Origin: Squalus acanthias
Lineage: Eukaryota
Reading direction: 5' to 3'
DNA length: 64,000 nucleotides
Assembly (NCBI GenBank): GCA_030390025.1
Contig: CM059431.1
Location: forward strand, 116,934,001 to 116,998,000
In this document: positions 50,501-62,225 of the stretch, piece by piece
Layout: every line of letters starts with the position of its first letter
Numbering within the stretch: the first letter of the stretch is position 1
Notes under the pieces: generated by a model
Databases searched by the model: none
Seen by the model: the letters and a program-made list of their open reading frames with translations, nothing else
Told to the model about the DNA's origin: nothing
Position numbers and translations under genes: made by a program

Positions 50501-50685
50501 TGGGGAGAAATTCAATATCAGCAGGAGCATGAAATGGGTGGTAGCAGAATCACTACCTGTTGGATAGCCCATTTCATTTGTTTTTACATTGAATTCAATG
50601 CGGGGTGCGGGGTGGGCTTATATAATGGGAGACCGATCCGCTACTGCCCACTTTGTGCCCCCGCCGAAGTTGAAATTTACCCCCA
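50501..50685. mobile_element. Short Harbinger-type MITE
   Basis: Ends ggggagaaattcaa / ttgaaatttacccc. Confidence 0.5.
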
Positions 50686-50699
50686 TTGTATCTGTAATA

Positions 50700-52520
50700 G
50701 TCCCACTGTCCTATTCTCTCCGCATAATCTTGAATCACCCTCTGTTTAAATATTTAGCCAGTTTTCACTTCAAATATTTAATGGTCCCTTCCTGCATCAC
50801 TCTTTGTTGCAACTATTCCATGCTTCAACAACCCTCTGTATAAAGAACAGAACCTTTTCCTAACTTTTGATAGTGACATTTTGAACTGATGACCCCAAAA
50901 ACAGAGGGAATGGTTTTTTCCTCTTCACCCTATCAGAATCCTTCATAACATTTAAAGTTGCTATTAAATGTCCTCTTATCCTTGGCTGCCCCAGTATTAA
51001 TATTCCTGGTATTTCAAGTCTCTCCTGTTGAATCTACACCTTACACTCTCTATGGCTTTTATGTGCTTTCTCTAATGGGGACCTAAGATTACTTACAGTA
51101 CCCTAACTGTGGCCTAACCATGCCTTGTACCAAATTTATCATTACTGCTTTACACTTGTTCGCTATGCTCCTATTTAAAAATACGGTTGGCCATTTTTAT
51201 ATCTCAGCTTACATTTGCACTTTCAGGAAATTATATATTTGGCCTTCTAAGTCTTTCTGTTCAATCAATTCATTCAGCATCTTTTCTACTGACTATATAT
51301 GACCATTACTTATTTTTCCTTCCAATATGTATTACCTTACACATTTCCATTTTAAATTGCATTTGTTGCCTTTCTGCCCACTCTCTGGGCTGGATTTTGA
51401 ATGACCCATGGAGTCGGGTTTGGAGGCGTGTGGGGGGTTAAATTTGCGGGTTCGGGGTTTCCGATCCCATCCCGACTCCATCCCGCCTCCACGCAATTTT
51501 GACAAAATCAGTCGCGGGGTTCCCGACTCCGTCCCGCCTCCAAGAGGCGGGAGAGGCCATTAAAGCACTTAACAAGCCCTTTATTGGGTCTGTAATGCTA
51601 TTTTGAAACATTGTAGCTAGTTTAACCCTTTTCTGACGTGAAGCACGCCTGGTGTGAAACACTCCAGTGAAACCTGGCGGGAGCACAAATGGATAGCTGA
51701 CTATCGGCTGCAAGTCCACTATTACAACGGAGATGTGATGAAGGTAGTAGTAGTATTAGGTGTGAAAGTCGCCTCTGGTACTGCTACATTCAATGTCATG
51801 GACTTGGATGCAAAAATCCCTCTCTCTCTCTCATATATATATTTGCATTCAGGTCCACTCACATCAGAAGCAATGCAGAAAGGTCCTCTCTCACCAGCAG
51901 CCAGACAATCTCTGAGAGCAGGCAGTCAGCAATGATGACATCATCAGAGGCAGGTTTCAGACTGAAACCACTAATTAGGTCATGGGTTCCCACATGCTGC
52001 AAATCAATTGCCCAATTAAGTGAAAATTGCATCAGGCATCCACATTAATCTGGAGTCGGGGGGGAAACACGAAATGCGGATTACACGACCCCAACCCGAC
52101 CCCAAGACAAAATCCAGCCCTCTGTCTCTGTCTTTCTGAAATCTATTACAGTCCTCCTCTCTGTTTTCCATACCATCCTACTTTTTATTGTCAGCAAATT
52201 TTGATATTGTGCTCCCTATGCTTAAGTCCAAATCATATTTACTGAGAATAAAAGTGGGCCCAGCACTGACCCCATGGGGTACACCATTTTCAACTTCTTC
52301 CGCTATCCGAGCAACATCCATTAGTCCTACCTCTTTGCTTCTTGTCCAATTTCCTAACCTTGCTGCTGCATTTCCTTTCATACCATACACCTGAATTTTT
52401 GCAGTAAGCCTCCTGTAAGGCACCTTTTTAAAATCCATATATATGACATCCACTGCAATCCCTTTATATAAACAATCAGTCACTTGTTCAGAAAACTCTA
52501 TTAATTATGTCAAACGTGAC
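50700..52520 (-). mobile_element. Old CR1 LINE split by a MITE
   Basis: VDVIYMDFKKVP, NGVPHGVS, TISKFADNKK; downstream CR1 3' motifs. Confidence 0.7.
51387..52120. mobile_element. Harbinger-type MITE
   Basis: Perfect 13-bp TIR gggctggattttg / caaaatccagccc; TSD tct. Confidence 0.85.
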
Positions 52521-54029
52521 TTGGAACGAATTAAAAGACTGACCAACAAAGAGCAAAGAGCCTCCAAACAGACAGCAGAATGCCAAACTCCGAGTGGATC
52601 AACTGAAATCCACACTGGCAGTCCTTGATGAACCTCTGCATTTCTAAATACTCACCAATATTATCTTGCATTATGGATTTTGAAAGTTCGCCTACAGATG
52701 ACACTTAACTAACTACTGTCACCCAGTTTATCTTTCTCCTGCTTCTCAAATAGAGGATTGTTACTTGTCCTCCAAATTAATACTTTCATTAATACTAATT
52801 GGTAAAAAAAATTCAAATACATGGTATTAATCAGCTGGGGAAAAAGTAAAGGTGTCAATTAGCTGCCTTTGCCTGAATGCATCAGAAATATGATGCTTGA
52901 GTTCTAAACATGTGCTGCAGCAGAAAATGATGACGTTATACAGAATAATGAAACAAATGCATAAAACACTCATTCTACATTCTTGTGTGCTCTACTGTTA
53001 CAAAGATATTAACCAGTAAATGGGATAACATATGTATGAAAACAGTGCACAGAGGAATGCAATACAAGTGTGTTAAGTATTTGTATAAGAATTTCATCAA
53101 TCAGAAGTAAGTGACAGAAAGGGAAAGTAAAAAAAAAATTAAATTTCAAATGTTTAATTTTTTTAATCTCGACGAAGAATTTACTACATGCAGGAATGAT
53201 ACTGAACTGTTTAAATTTTCCCTTTCTGGGCCAGAGAGGTGGATTGACATTGCATTAATAATTATCACATCATTAAAAGGGTACTTTTACCAGCCCTAAC
53301 TTTCTGCATTGAGTTTAATGGGCAAATAATGTGCAAATCCAGCATGTTGTTAAAAGTAATAGGGAGGCTAAGGACGAGGTGCTGCTTGTGTGAAGCAAAT
53401 GGTGGAGCGAGGTAAATCGACCAGCAAGTTCTGGAGTTTCACAACTCACGCCGTATCTCTTAATCCCCTGAACTTGCTGGCTGACTTGTGCATTAATAAC
53501 GGCGTTCATGGTGATCTCACTGTTATTTTTCCAGCAAGATCTTTTCCATGGATACCAGGATTAAGTTTAAGATTGTGTAGCAATCAGCACCAGTAAAGAC
53601 AAGGACAAATATATATGATTTTAAATGAGCAAATTTCAAAAATGTGAAAGGAAGTCAAATAAATCAACGACTAAGTATTGCTAAACGGGATCTTAGCCAA
53701 GAAATATTGTAACACCTTTACAATTACAGCATTGAATACACAGGATAAACAAATACTCAAGAAAAATGAACAAAAACCAAACAAGCCGTCCCCAAGATGG
53801 ATGATCAGGGCAATGAAAATGGAAATAAGAAATGAAAACAACATTTAAAAAACTGCAGGGTTAAAGGGGGGACTGTGAACTGTGTTAGTGGTGTAGGGGT
53901 TACTTACATTTGGTTAAAAGATATTATTAAAAGTGCAAAAAGGTCTCAAGAGACAAGTATAACAAATGATATTAAGCACGAGATTGATCTTTCCAGTAAA
54001 ATAACAATAAAAGAATTCAGACGCAGAGA

Positions 54030-54432
54030 GCCATAGAAGGTTACAGCAGAAATGAGGCCATTCAGCCCATCATCTCTGTGCTGGTTCTTTGCTAGAATGA
54101 TCCAAAACAAATCCCACTGCCCTGCACTCTCCTCATAACCCCGTATCTTCCTCTACTTCAAATGTTTGTCTAATCTTCCCTTAAAAGTTGCAATAGCTTC
54201 TGCCTCAACTACTCCCTGTGGCAAAGTATTCCACACTGTAACAACTCTCTGAGTAAAGAAGTTTCTTCTAAACTCCCTCCTCACTCTCTTTGTGACAATT
54301 TATATTGATGACCTCTCATCGCGACTCCCCAAACAGTGAGAATAGACCTTCTCTTTTCACCCTATCAAAACCCTTCACAATTAAAAATAAAGTTTTCCCT
54401 CATGAATCATAGTTTCTCATCTCAGGTATCAT
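54030..54432 (-). mobile_element. CR1 3' end fragment
   Basis: aggccattcagcccatc..actactccctgtggcaaagtattccacac..gtaaagaagtttcttctaa. Confidence 0.7.
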
Positions 54433-54458
54433 CTGACTATAATGCCTATATGTAAAAG

Positions 54459-55028
54459 TCGGGGAACACTTCAGCAGTCAAGGACATTCAGCCTCGGATC
54501 TTCGGGTAAGCGTTCTCCAAGGCGGCCTTCGAGACACACGACAACGCTAAATCATCGAGCAGAAACTGATAGCCAAGTTCCGCACCCATGAGGACGGCCT
54601 CAACCGGGATCTTGGTTTCATGTCACATTACATGACGTAGAGTCATCCAGGCTCGAGTCGTCGTTGGCTTGTTCACAGATGTGATTTCCAGTTTAAAAAA
54701 AAAGTAAAAAGCTTAACCATACAGACTGCAGCATTTGACACGTTGGACCCCCTGTGACCCCACCTCATTGTCTTAGCTGTATTTTGCTGTGTCTTTGATG
54801 TAATGCCTTCCTGACTGGCCTGATTGTCTCTCTGCCGAGGTGTGATGGAGGGCAGTCAGAAAGATTTACTGTAGTCGTCTGACATTGTACGCTACACATT
54901 GTTCTCTGTCTATATATGCTTTGCTGATTTGTATTCCTTCACTTTACCTGACGAAGGAGCAGCGCTCCGAAAGCTCGTGATTTCAAATAAAACTGTTGGA
55001 CTATAACCTGGTGTTGTGCGACTTCTCA
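54459..55028 (+). mobile_element. Penelope-like 3' fragment, divergent subfamily
   Basis: GEHFSSQGHS..KFRTHEDGLNRDLGFMSHY; TSD tatatgtaaaag at 54447-54458 and 55029-55040. Confidence 0.9.
54944..54980 (+). ncRNA. Minimal hammerhead ribozyme motif
   Basis: ttac-ctgacga-a-ggagc-agc-gctcc-gaaa-gc-tc-gtga. Confidence 0.78.
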
Positions 55029-55329
55029 TATATGTAAAAGGGATAACAAATTAGACCGAGACAATTCCTGTACATCAGCCTAGCATCAATAACAAAATAA
55101 GAACAGAAGAAAATCGAGAGAGAGAAAAGTTAATCAGCTCATCAAGCCCATTCCATTGGAGTTTATGTTTAATTGCTCTTTGATAGTTTTCCCTCCTGTC
55201 TAACCTGTTGAATCCCAAATTTAGGGGAAATTATGGAATAACAGAAATTACTCTAAGAGGCAAGCTCACAGAGTAACTGTACTGTAATAACATTATTAGA
55301 AACAGAATGGATTTAGAAAGAGAAAATGT

Positions 55330-56455
55330 CCTTGGTTTCTTTGAGGACATTATAGAGAAAGCAAAGAGTTGAACTCCCTATTTTATAATTAACATGAAAG
55401 GCATCCAATTAAACCTAAAGCCGCAGGAATTCAGGGTAGAACATGGAAGCAGATAAGAAGCTGGTTAAACATATGAAACAAAAGTATTTATTAGAAGTGT
55501 AATGTCACACAGTGGGTTGGCATGGAGTGGAATTCGTCAGGTGTCAGTACTTGGAACCCTGTTGTTTCTAATCTACATTAGTGGCCTGGATATGAAAACC
55601 AAACATAATTTGTCAAATTTGCTGGTAATACCCTAACAGAAGATTAGTTGAGACTGAAGATGGAGCAAAAGAGTTGCATAAGGATTTAGATTGGCTAAGC
55701 AATTGGATAGGCATATGGTAAATTAAATTGAATACCGTTACATGTAAAGTATTGCAGATTGGTTGGAAAAGGGGTCATTACTACACGTTGAATGGAATTT
55801 AATTGGCACGGAGAGACTTAGAAAGCAATCTAGGAGTCATGGTAAACCCATCACTTTCAATTTCTAGACAATGTGGCAAATTAATTTAAATGCTGAGAAT
55901 AGAATGCTGAGATATATAGCCCGACTACAACTTTATAGAGTTTATGCTAATGTTTTACAATGCATGTGCCAGACCTCATGGAGTTTTTCTATTCAGTTCT
56001 GGCCACAACACCAGCAAGAAATATATACATACATTGGAAAGGGTGCAGAGAAGAACTGCAAGACTGCTACCAGTGTTAAGGAAATGAGCAAAGCTTAGAG
56101 AAACAAAATGTGCGTTAGAAAGAAAGCAATTGGTGGGACCTCACTGAAATGCATAAAATATTAAATGTAATATTAAAATATAAAAGGAAAACCCAGTTAC
56201 TTTAAAGTTAGTCATGAGAGGACTTAAATTTTACATTAGAGAAAAGTAAACTTAAGACAGAAATAAGGGAGAACTTCCTTCCTCAAAGGGTGATAAATGT
56301 TAGCAATAATTTGCAAGGCAGAATGTTGGAATTAAACCCATTTAGGGCATTTCAAATCTAGCAGGACACTCTAATGGGAGAGTTAAGGTAATAGTGGGAT
56401 AAGCTTCAATGATTTGAATGGCCTTTTCTTATCCTTGACTTTCCTTACGTTCTTA
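55330..56455 (+). mobile_element. Ancient, heavily decayed CR1-like LINE
   Basis: Remnants agtggaattcgtcaggtgtcagtacttggaaccc ([10 protein letters not shown]), tcaaatttgctggtaatac (KFADDT), cagttctggcc. Confidence 0.6.
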
Positions 56456-57487
56456 ATCCCACAACAGAGTACCATCAAGGTCACAGTGACTAGTGACTGT
56501 AAAAATTCATTTGGAGCTTAAAGAGCTGATATTTGAAATTCAGTCCTGGAGCAGAAACTCGCCTGTCAAGAGTGCCGATCAGGAAGTCACGAGGAACATT
56601 GGCCACCATTTTATTATATGCGCTCCTAACAGGCAAGGTTCAATGTCAGAAGCGTGCATTCAGTGAATTGGTTCTTAACTTTCTAAAAGAATAAATATTT
56701 TTTTCAACACATATTGCTTCACAGAATCTTGTGTATCCTTAAATTCAGACTACAGCATGCTGCTCACAGTTGCCAGCCACCAAGCGATCACCACAGGTGT
56801 GAATTAGCATTTTTGATTTTTACTTGTTTAATCTATTGGCATTTTGTTCAATGAAATGGATGATTATTACTGCCAAAAAATGAACAATAGTTGGAAGGAC
56901 AAGCTTATTCCAATTTTCTGGAGATATAGTCAAACTGTGCAAATTATTGGCAGATTTTACTTACTTTTTTTAAAAAAAGAATGGATTACAACTTTGCATA
57001 ATAAGGCACTATTCATGTGCAGCGACAATTCTGATAATGTTTCTAATTGATCTCAAAACACAGAGAATGATTTTCATTAGTTTGGGTGTTCAAAAATCAC
57101 ACTGGGTATGAATGAAATATTGTGTCTGCACAGTGCTGATTTTCTAGGACAGTTTAATTCAAAGGCTATGGAGCAAATGCAGGAAAATGGAGTTGAGGTG
57201 CAGATCAACCATCATCTAATTGAATGGCAGAGCAGGCCTGTATGGCTGAATGGACTCCTCCTTTTGCTAACGTTCTTATTTATTCAGGAAAATCCAAACT
57301 TCCAACACTTGAATGGAACTGAACATTTGAACCAAAACTGGTTATCATCTTCCAAAATAACAATAAATTAAATTAAAGTTGTGAATCCTTTTAAGAGTGT
57401 TATAGGCACAAATCTTGCTGGAGCGGGGCATCTCGCAACGTACGCCATTAGTTAGATATAGTCCTGCACCCTTCAGCTCAAAAACTG

Positions 57488-58764
57488 GGCATCCATGAGG
57501 CACTGTGGGCCTTCAGCAGCAGTAGAATTGTATTCCACCACAATCTGTAGCCTCATGGCCTGGCATATCCCTCACTCTACCATTACCATCAAGCCAGGGG
57601 ACCAACCCTCGTTCAATAAGGCGTGTAGAAGAGCATGCCAGGAGCAGCACCAGGCGTACCTAAAAATGAGGTGCCAACCTGCGGAAGCAGCAACACAGGA
57701 CTACGTGCATGCTAAAAAGCGGAAGCAGCATGCTATAGACAGGGCTAAGTGATCCCACAATCAACGGATCAGATCAAAGCTCTGCAGTCCTGCCACATCT
57801 AGTCATGAATGGTGGTGGACCATTAAACAATTAACAGTAGGAGGAGGCTCCATAAATATCCCCATACTCAGTGATGGTGGAGCCCAGCAAAAGAGTGCAA
57901 AAGACAAGGCTGAAGCGTTTGTAACTATCTTCAGCCAGAACTGCCGAGTGGATGATGCATATCGGCCTCCTCCTGAGGTCCCCACCACCACAGAAGCCAG
58001 TCTTCAGCCAATTCGATTCACTCTACATGATATCAAGAAATGGCTCAGCACCTCTAGTCAAGCTGTTCCAGTACAGCTATAACACTGGCATTTACCTGAC
58101 AATGCGGAAGACTGCCCAAGTACATCCTGTCCATAAAAAGCAGGACAAATCCAATCCGGTCAATTAGCGCTCCATCAGTCTACTCTCAATCATCAGCAAA
58201 GTGATGGAAGGTGTCGTCAACAGTGCTATCAAGCGGCACTTACTCACCAATAACCTGCTCACTGATGCCCAGTTTGAGTTCTGTCAGGACCACTCGGCTT
58301 CAGACCTCATTACAGCCTTGGTCCAAACATGGACAAAGGAGCTGAATTCCAGAGCTGAGGAGAGAGTGACTGCCCTTGACATCAAGGCAGCATTTGACTG
58401 AGTGTGGCATCAAGGAGCCCTAGTAAAACAGAAATCAATGGGAATCGGGGGGAAAACACTCCACTGGAGTCATACCTAGCACAAAGGAAGATGGTTGGAG
58501 GTCAATCATCTCAGCCCCAGGACATCGCTGCAGGAGTTCCTCAGGGCAGTGTCCTAGGCCCAACCACCTTCAGCTGCTTCATCAATGACCTTCCCTCCAT
58601 TATAAGGTCAGAAATTGGGATGTTCACTGATGACTGCACAGTGTTCAGTGCCATTCACAACTCCTTAGATAATTAAGCAGTCTATTCCCGCATGCAACAA
58701 GACCTGGACGACATTCAGGCTTGGGCTAATAAGTGGCAGGTAACATCCGTGCCACACAAGTGCC
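57488..58764 (+). mobile_element. Decayed LINE ORF2 (CR1/L2-related RT); integration target of the provirus
   Basis: [51 protein letters not shown] cut at the LTR. Confidence 0.8.
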
Positions 58765-60397
58765 TGTAGAATTTGCAAAATTATCGCGATTTTATAAAAA
58801 TAAGAAGGAGACATAAAGTTTCGTATCAACAGCTTTATTTCAGCAGAATGCTGTCAGGTTTCAAAACGGACACAAACAGCCTGTAAAATGGCCGCCACGC
58901 CTCGTGGCAGAAAGTTCTAGACTTTCAGTAGGTAGACAAGATGGCGTTTCAATAAACATTTCAGCAAGATCGGACAGGACTCAGCACATTTGAGATAATG
59001 ACAAGACATGATGGGTTTGCATTTTAAACATAAATACTGGAATCGGTCTCCCAGGTGCAAACAAGGGCTATTGTACTGAGTGATCAAGGACCCATCCAAA
59101 GACATTAATATGCAAAATCCCCACAGCTCTACGATGAGAGAGCCATTCGCGGGTACTCACAGCAAGCATTTGGAAGCCACAAAACCCCTCCAGGGAGACT
59201 ACTAGCCGGTTCCACAATGGGAGAAGTATTAACGGGTACTCAGACAGTTACAAGTGTCACCGAAACCCATTAAAGACTGAGATCACCCCATACAAGAAGT
59301 TTGAGCGCCAAAACCCTGACAAAAGATAGACATTAAGATTGGGTGGGAAAAGAGGAATTACAGCACTATAACTGTAAAGTACAACCGTCCATCTTTCTCT
59401 CTCTTGATGCTTTGACTCGCTGGAAGGCTGCTGAACTTTTATTCTCTTGCCTGACGACTCTGGACTCTGATCCGCTAGGATCAACCTCGTGGCTTGCCGC
59501 GAAGATCTGTGGAGAACTGGGCTGTGAGGCCTGGAAGCGGGCGCACCATCCCGAGGAGTCGGTAAACGGTGTTGGAACCGATGGCCCGAGAGGAGATGAG
59601 ATGAGATGAGATGAGATGAGAAGAAGACTACACGTGTCGCCACGGTCAGTAAGCCCCGACCGCGCCTAAAAATATAAGGACCATTTTCGAATTCTATCGG
59701 CTACTCCACAACTGGCCCGAGAAGACTATTCTTCGAGTTCTACCGACAACTGGTGTAGGACACAGGAAGACTATTTTTTGAGTAGTATCAGAACTCCGAG
59801 GGCAACACAGATCTTCATGACAGCAGACGGTCCAGCCTGCTAGCCGGAGCAGAAGCGAGTAAACAAGTGGGGTACAGAGACCCCTGATCAACACGTGGAT
59901 AGTCAGGTGCTGCGGTAAAAACATCCGAGCAGAGTTTCGGAATTCTCCAAGTTATCACGAGTGGTGAGCATGAGTCTCGATCCTACAAATCTAGATTAGG
60001 ACAGGTATTGATAGGGGAGGGTTTAAGTTTTAAGGATAATTATAATGTGTGTCCCCTTTTATGATGTGTCGTGCGCTCCTCGTTTCCCTAAAATTAGTTT
60101 CATAACTGTGTGTAAGATTGTACTCTCATTAATCTGTGCTTATGACATGTATCTCGTAATCTTGAATAATATGCAATAAAGATTTTCCATTTCGCACTAT
60201 TCAACCGGGTCTACCTGAGTTTTCTCTGCATTATTGCTCTCGCACCTAAGTCCAGTGTCAGAACCATAAGGGCGAGTGGGTCGAACCACTCACAGGTGTC
60301 TAGTGTCACCAGGCTGGCTGGAGACCAGAACAGGCAACAAGGCCTAACCCCGCACTAGCACTCAGGCTAAGCACAGAGCCACACGTCACCCCTTACA
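58765..60397 (+). mobile_element. 5' LTR of an endogenous retrovirus (1633 bp)
   Basis: TG...CA; homologous to the solo LTR; TATA-like aatataag near 59671; aataaa at 60175-60180; followed by a PBS. Confidence 0.9.
59592..59620 (+). repeat. (GAGAT)n microsatellite in the LTR
   Basis: gagatgagatgagatgagatgagatgag. Confidence 0.9.
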
Positions 60398-60401
60398 GAT
60401 A

Positions 60402-62225
60402 ATGGCGACCACGAAGGGACACTGGCAGCGAGAAAATAATGTGTTAGACTCTTGTATGAATGGGCGAAATGTTATGGAAGAGAGAATAGCCAATTATGTT
60501 TTTGGAAAAGTGAATTTGACTAAGAGATGGATAAGTGACCTGCTGGTGGATAAGCGTCCACTAGAGGCAGCCGTGAGGTGGACAGGTAGCAAGGAACATA
60601 AAAAAACTGTAGAGAAAGCGGTCTGGCTGATGTGCTATAAAAGACAAGTCCAGCTTTCGGACCAGGTCATCGTAGCGCAGGCAGCTCAGATCAAGGGTTT
60701 AGAGGTGGAAATGGACGAGAAGGTCGCGGGGGAGCAGCAGCTCATCGCGTCTTTAAATGCGTTGCATCTAGAACGCCAGTCAGTCCCCAACCACCATGAG
60801 GCGAAAATAGATTACCTCGAGTGCCAGGTCACTGAGGCAAAGTTAAATGAGGGCAGAATAAGGGAACGATGTGCCCGTCTAGCTGCCCAAATAAAAGCCC
60901 AGGAAGAGAGCTTAACGGGGGTTAGGGTGGCATATAAGATGGCCCTCGAGGATAAACATGAGGGGGCCGATCACAGCGTCTGTCAAAGAGAGATAGGGAA
61001 CCTTAAAGAGGCCCTGAATAAAGCACACGGCATGGTGTGCCTTATCAGCCCGTCAGCACACCAGCCGCTGGTGGGTGGGGAATTTCAGAAATCCCCACCG
61101 AACAAGGCAGAGGAGGTATTTGCCACTGTGCCCTCCGCGCCACCCAGCTATTCGGCAACCTGGGTGAGGAAGGAAGTGGTAGAAGTAGAGGAAGAGGTCC
61201 CCAAGGTAGTACAGCCCCCTGAGGTAGAAGTGAAGCCGGGACCGTTGTGTCCGGTCACGGGTATCAAAAGGGGCCCGAACAGAGACGGTGGGGCAGAGGG
61301 GGATCTCCTCAGCCAGCTTGTGTTGCCGCACAATGCACACCAGCTGAGGGCCATGATCAGTCACGTACGGAAGCTGTCCGAGTCAGACGACCCTTCCGTA
61401 CATTTCAGGGAGGTAGAGCAGACCGCAGCCATTAACGGCTGCGACGATGGGGAAAAAGCAAAAATGCTGCTGTTCTCATTAGACAGCTCGATCCTTCAGT
61501 GTCTCTCAGACGAGAGCAAGAGGGGAAATAATACCTATGAGGAGTTAAGAGATGAGGACCTAGAAGTGTTGGGAGCGGACGATGAAGGTCCGTTCGTTAG
61601 ATTGGGACAAACAGTGCAGATGGAGGGAGAACCCCCGAAGGTTTTCGCCGACAGGCTGTGGCCAGTATATCAACGTAGCTGCCCAGGCGCGCCAGCGCGT
61701 CACCGCATAGATGGTGTCGGTTTAACTCATTGGCTCAGGTGTGTGGCAGCCAACAGTTTGCCAGCCGTCAGGGAGCAGGCCAAAGCGTGGTTTGATCCCA
61801 CTAACCCCGCCACAACAGAGGAGTCGGTCCTAAATCGACTCACGGTAGGGTACCGTAATACCAGGAGTACGGGAGCACGTCCCCTTAAGGGAAAGGTGCA
61901 TGAGGCGCGGCCCACAGCCCCGGCTCAAAAGGAGTGGCATCAGGAGGGAAATCGCGTCCCACAGGCCAGTAATGCTTGTTTCGGATGCGGAAAGACAGGG
62001 CACTGGCGCAAGAACTGCAGGAACCCTTGGAAGGAGTCCAGGGATAAAAATCCCGCAGTCCGATCCCAGGCGCATGTCTCTGATAGGGGAGCTGGTGTGC
62101 CTATCCATCCCGATGCGATCGAATCAATGTTGGGAGCCATGCGCACCCTCATGATTTCGCAGGGAAGGGTGGCAGTCGCTACCGGCCCCGCATATGCCGC
62201 AGCCCCGTCCAACAGTACCCAATGA
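60402..62225 (+). CDS. gag: Gag-like polyprotein, 607 aa
   Basis: Follows the LTR; N-terminal coiled-coil-like segment, PSAP and PPSY motifs, CCHC knuckle CFGCGKTGHWRKNC. Confidence 0.88.
   Translation: MATTKGHWQRENNVLDSCMNGRNVMEERIANYVFGKVNLTKRWISDLLVDKRPLEAAVRWTGSKEHKKTVEKAVWLMCYKRQVQLSDQVIVAQAAQIKGLEVEMDEKVAGEQQLIASLNALHLERQSVPNHHEAKIDYLECQVTEAKLNEGRIRERCARLAAQIKAQEESLTGVRVAYKMALEDKHEGADHSVCQREIGNLKEALNKAHGMVCLISPSAHQPLVGGEFQKSPPNKAEEVFATVPSAPPSYSATWVRKEVVEVEEEVPKVVQPPEVEVKPGPLCPVTGIKRGPNRDGGAEGDLLSQLVLPHNAHQLRAMISHVRKLSESDDPSVHFREVEQTAAINGCDDGEKAKMLLFSLDSSILQCLSDESKRGNNTYEELRDEDLEVLGADDEGPFVRLGQTVQMEGEPPKVFADRLWPVYQRSCPGAPARHRIDGVGLTHWLRCVAANSLPAVREQAKAWFDPTNPATTEESVLNRLTVGYRNTRSTGARPLKGKVHEARPTAPAQKEWHQEGNRVPQASNACFGCGKTGHWRKNCRNPWKESRDKNPAVRSQAHVSDRGAGVPIHPDAIESMLGAMRTLMISQGRVAVATGPAYAAAPSNSTQ
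60403..60420 (+). promoter_or_regulatory. Primer binding site, probably tRNA-Arg(UCG)
   Basis: tggcgaccacgaagggac is complementary to ...GUCCCUUCGUGGUCGCCA, recalled as the 3' end of vertebrate tRNA-Arg-TCG; lies 5 nt after the LTR. Confidence 0.8.

Noticed and set aside
59257..59643. Antisense accessory ORF in the LTR
   Set aside because: The homologous solo-LTR region splits between frames, and the ORF spans a microsatellite.
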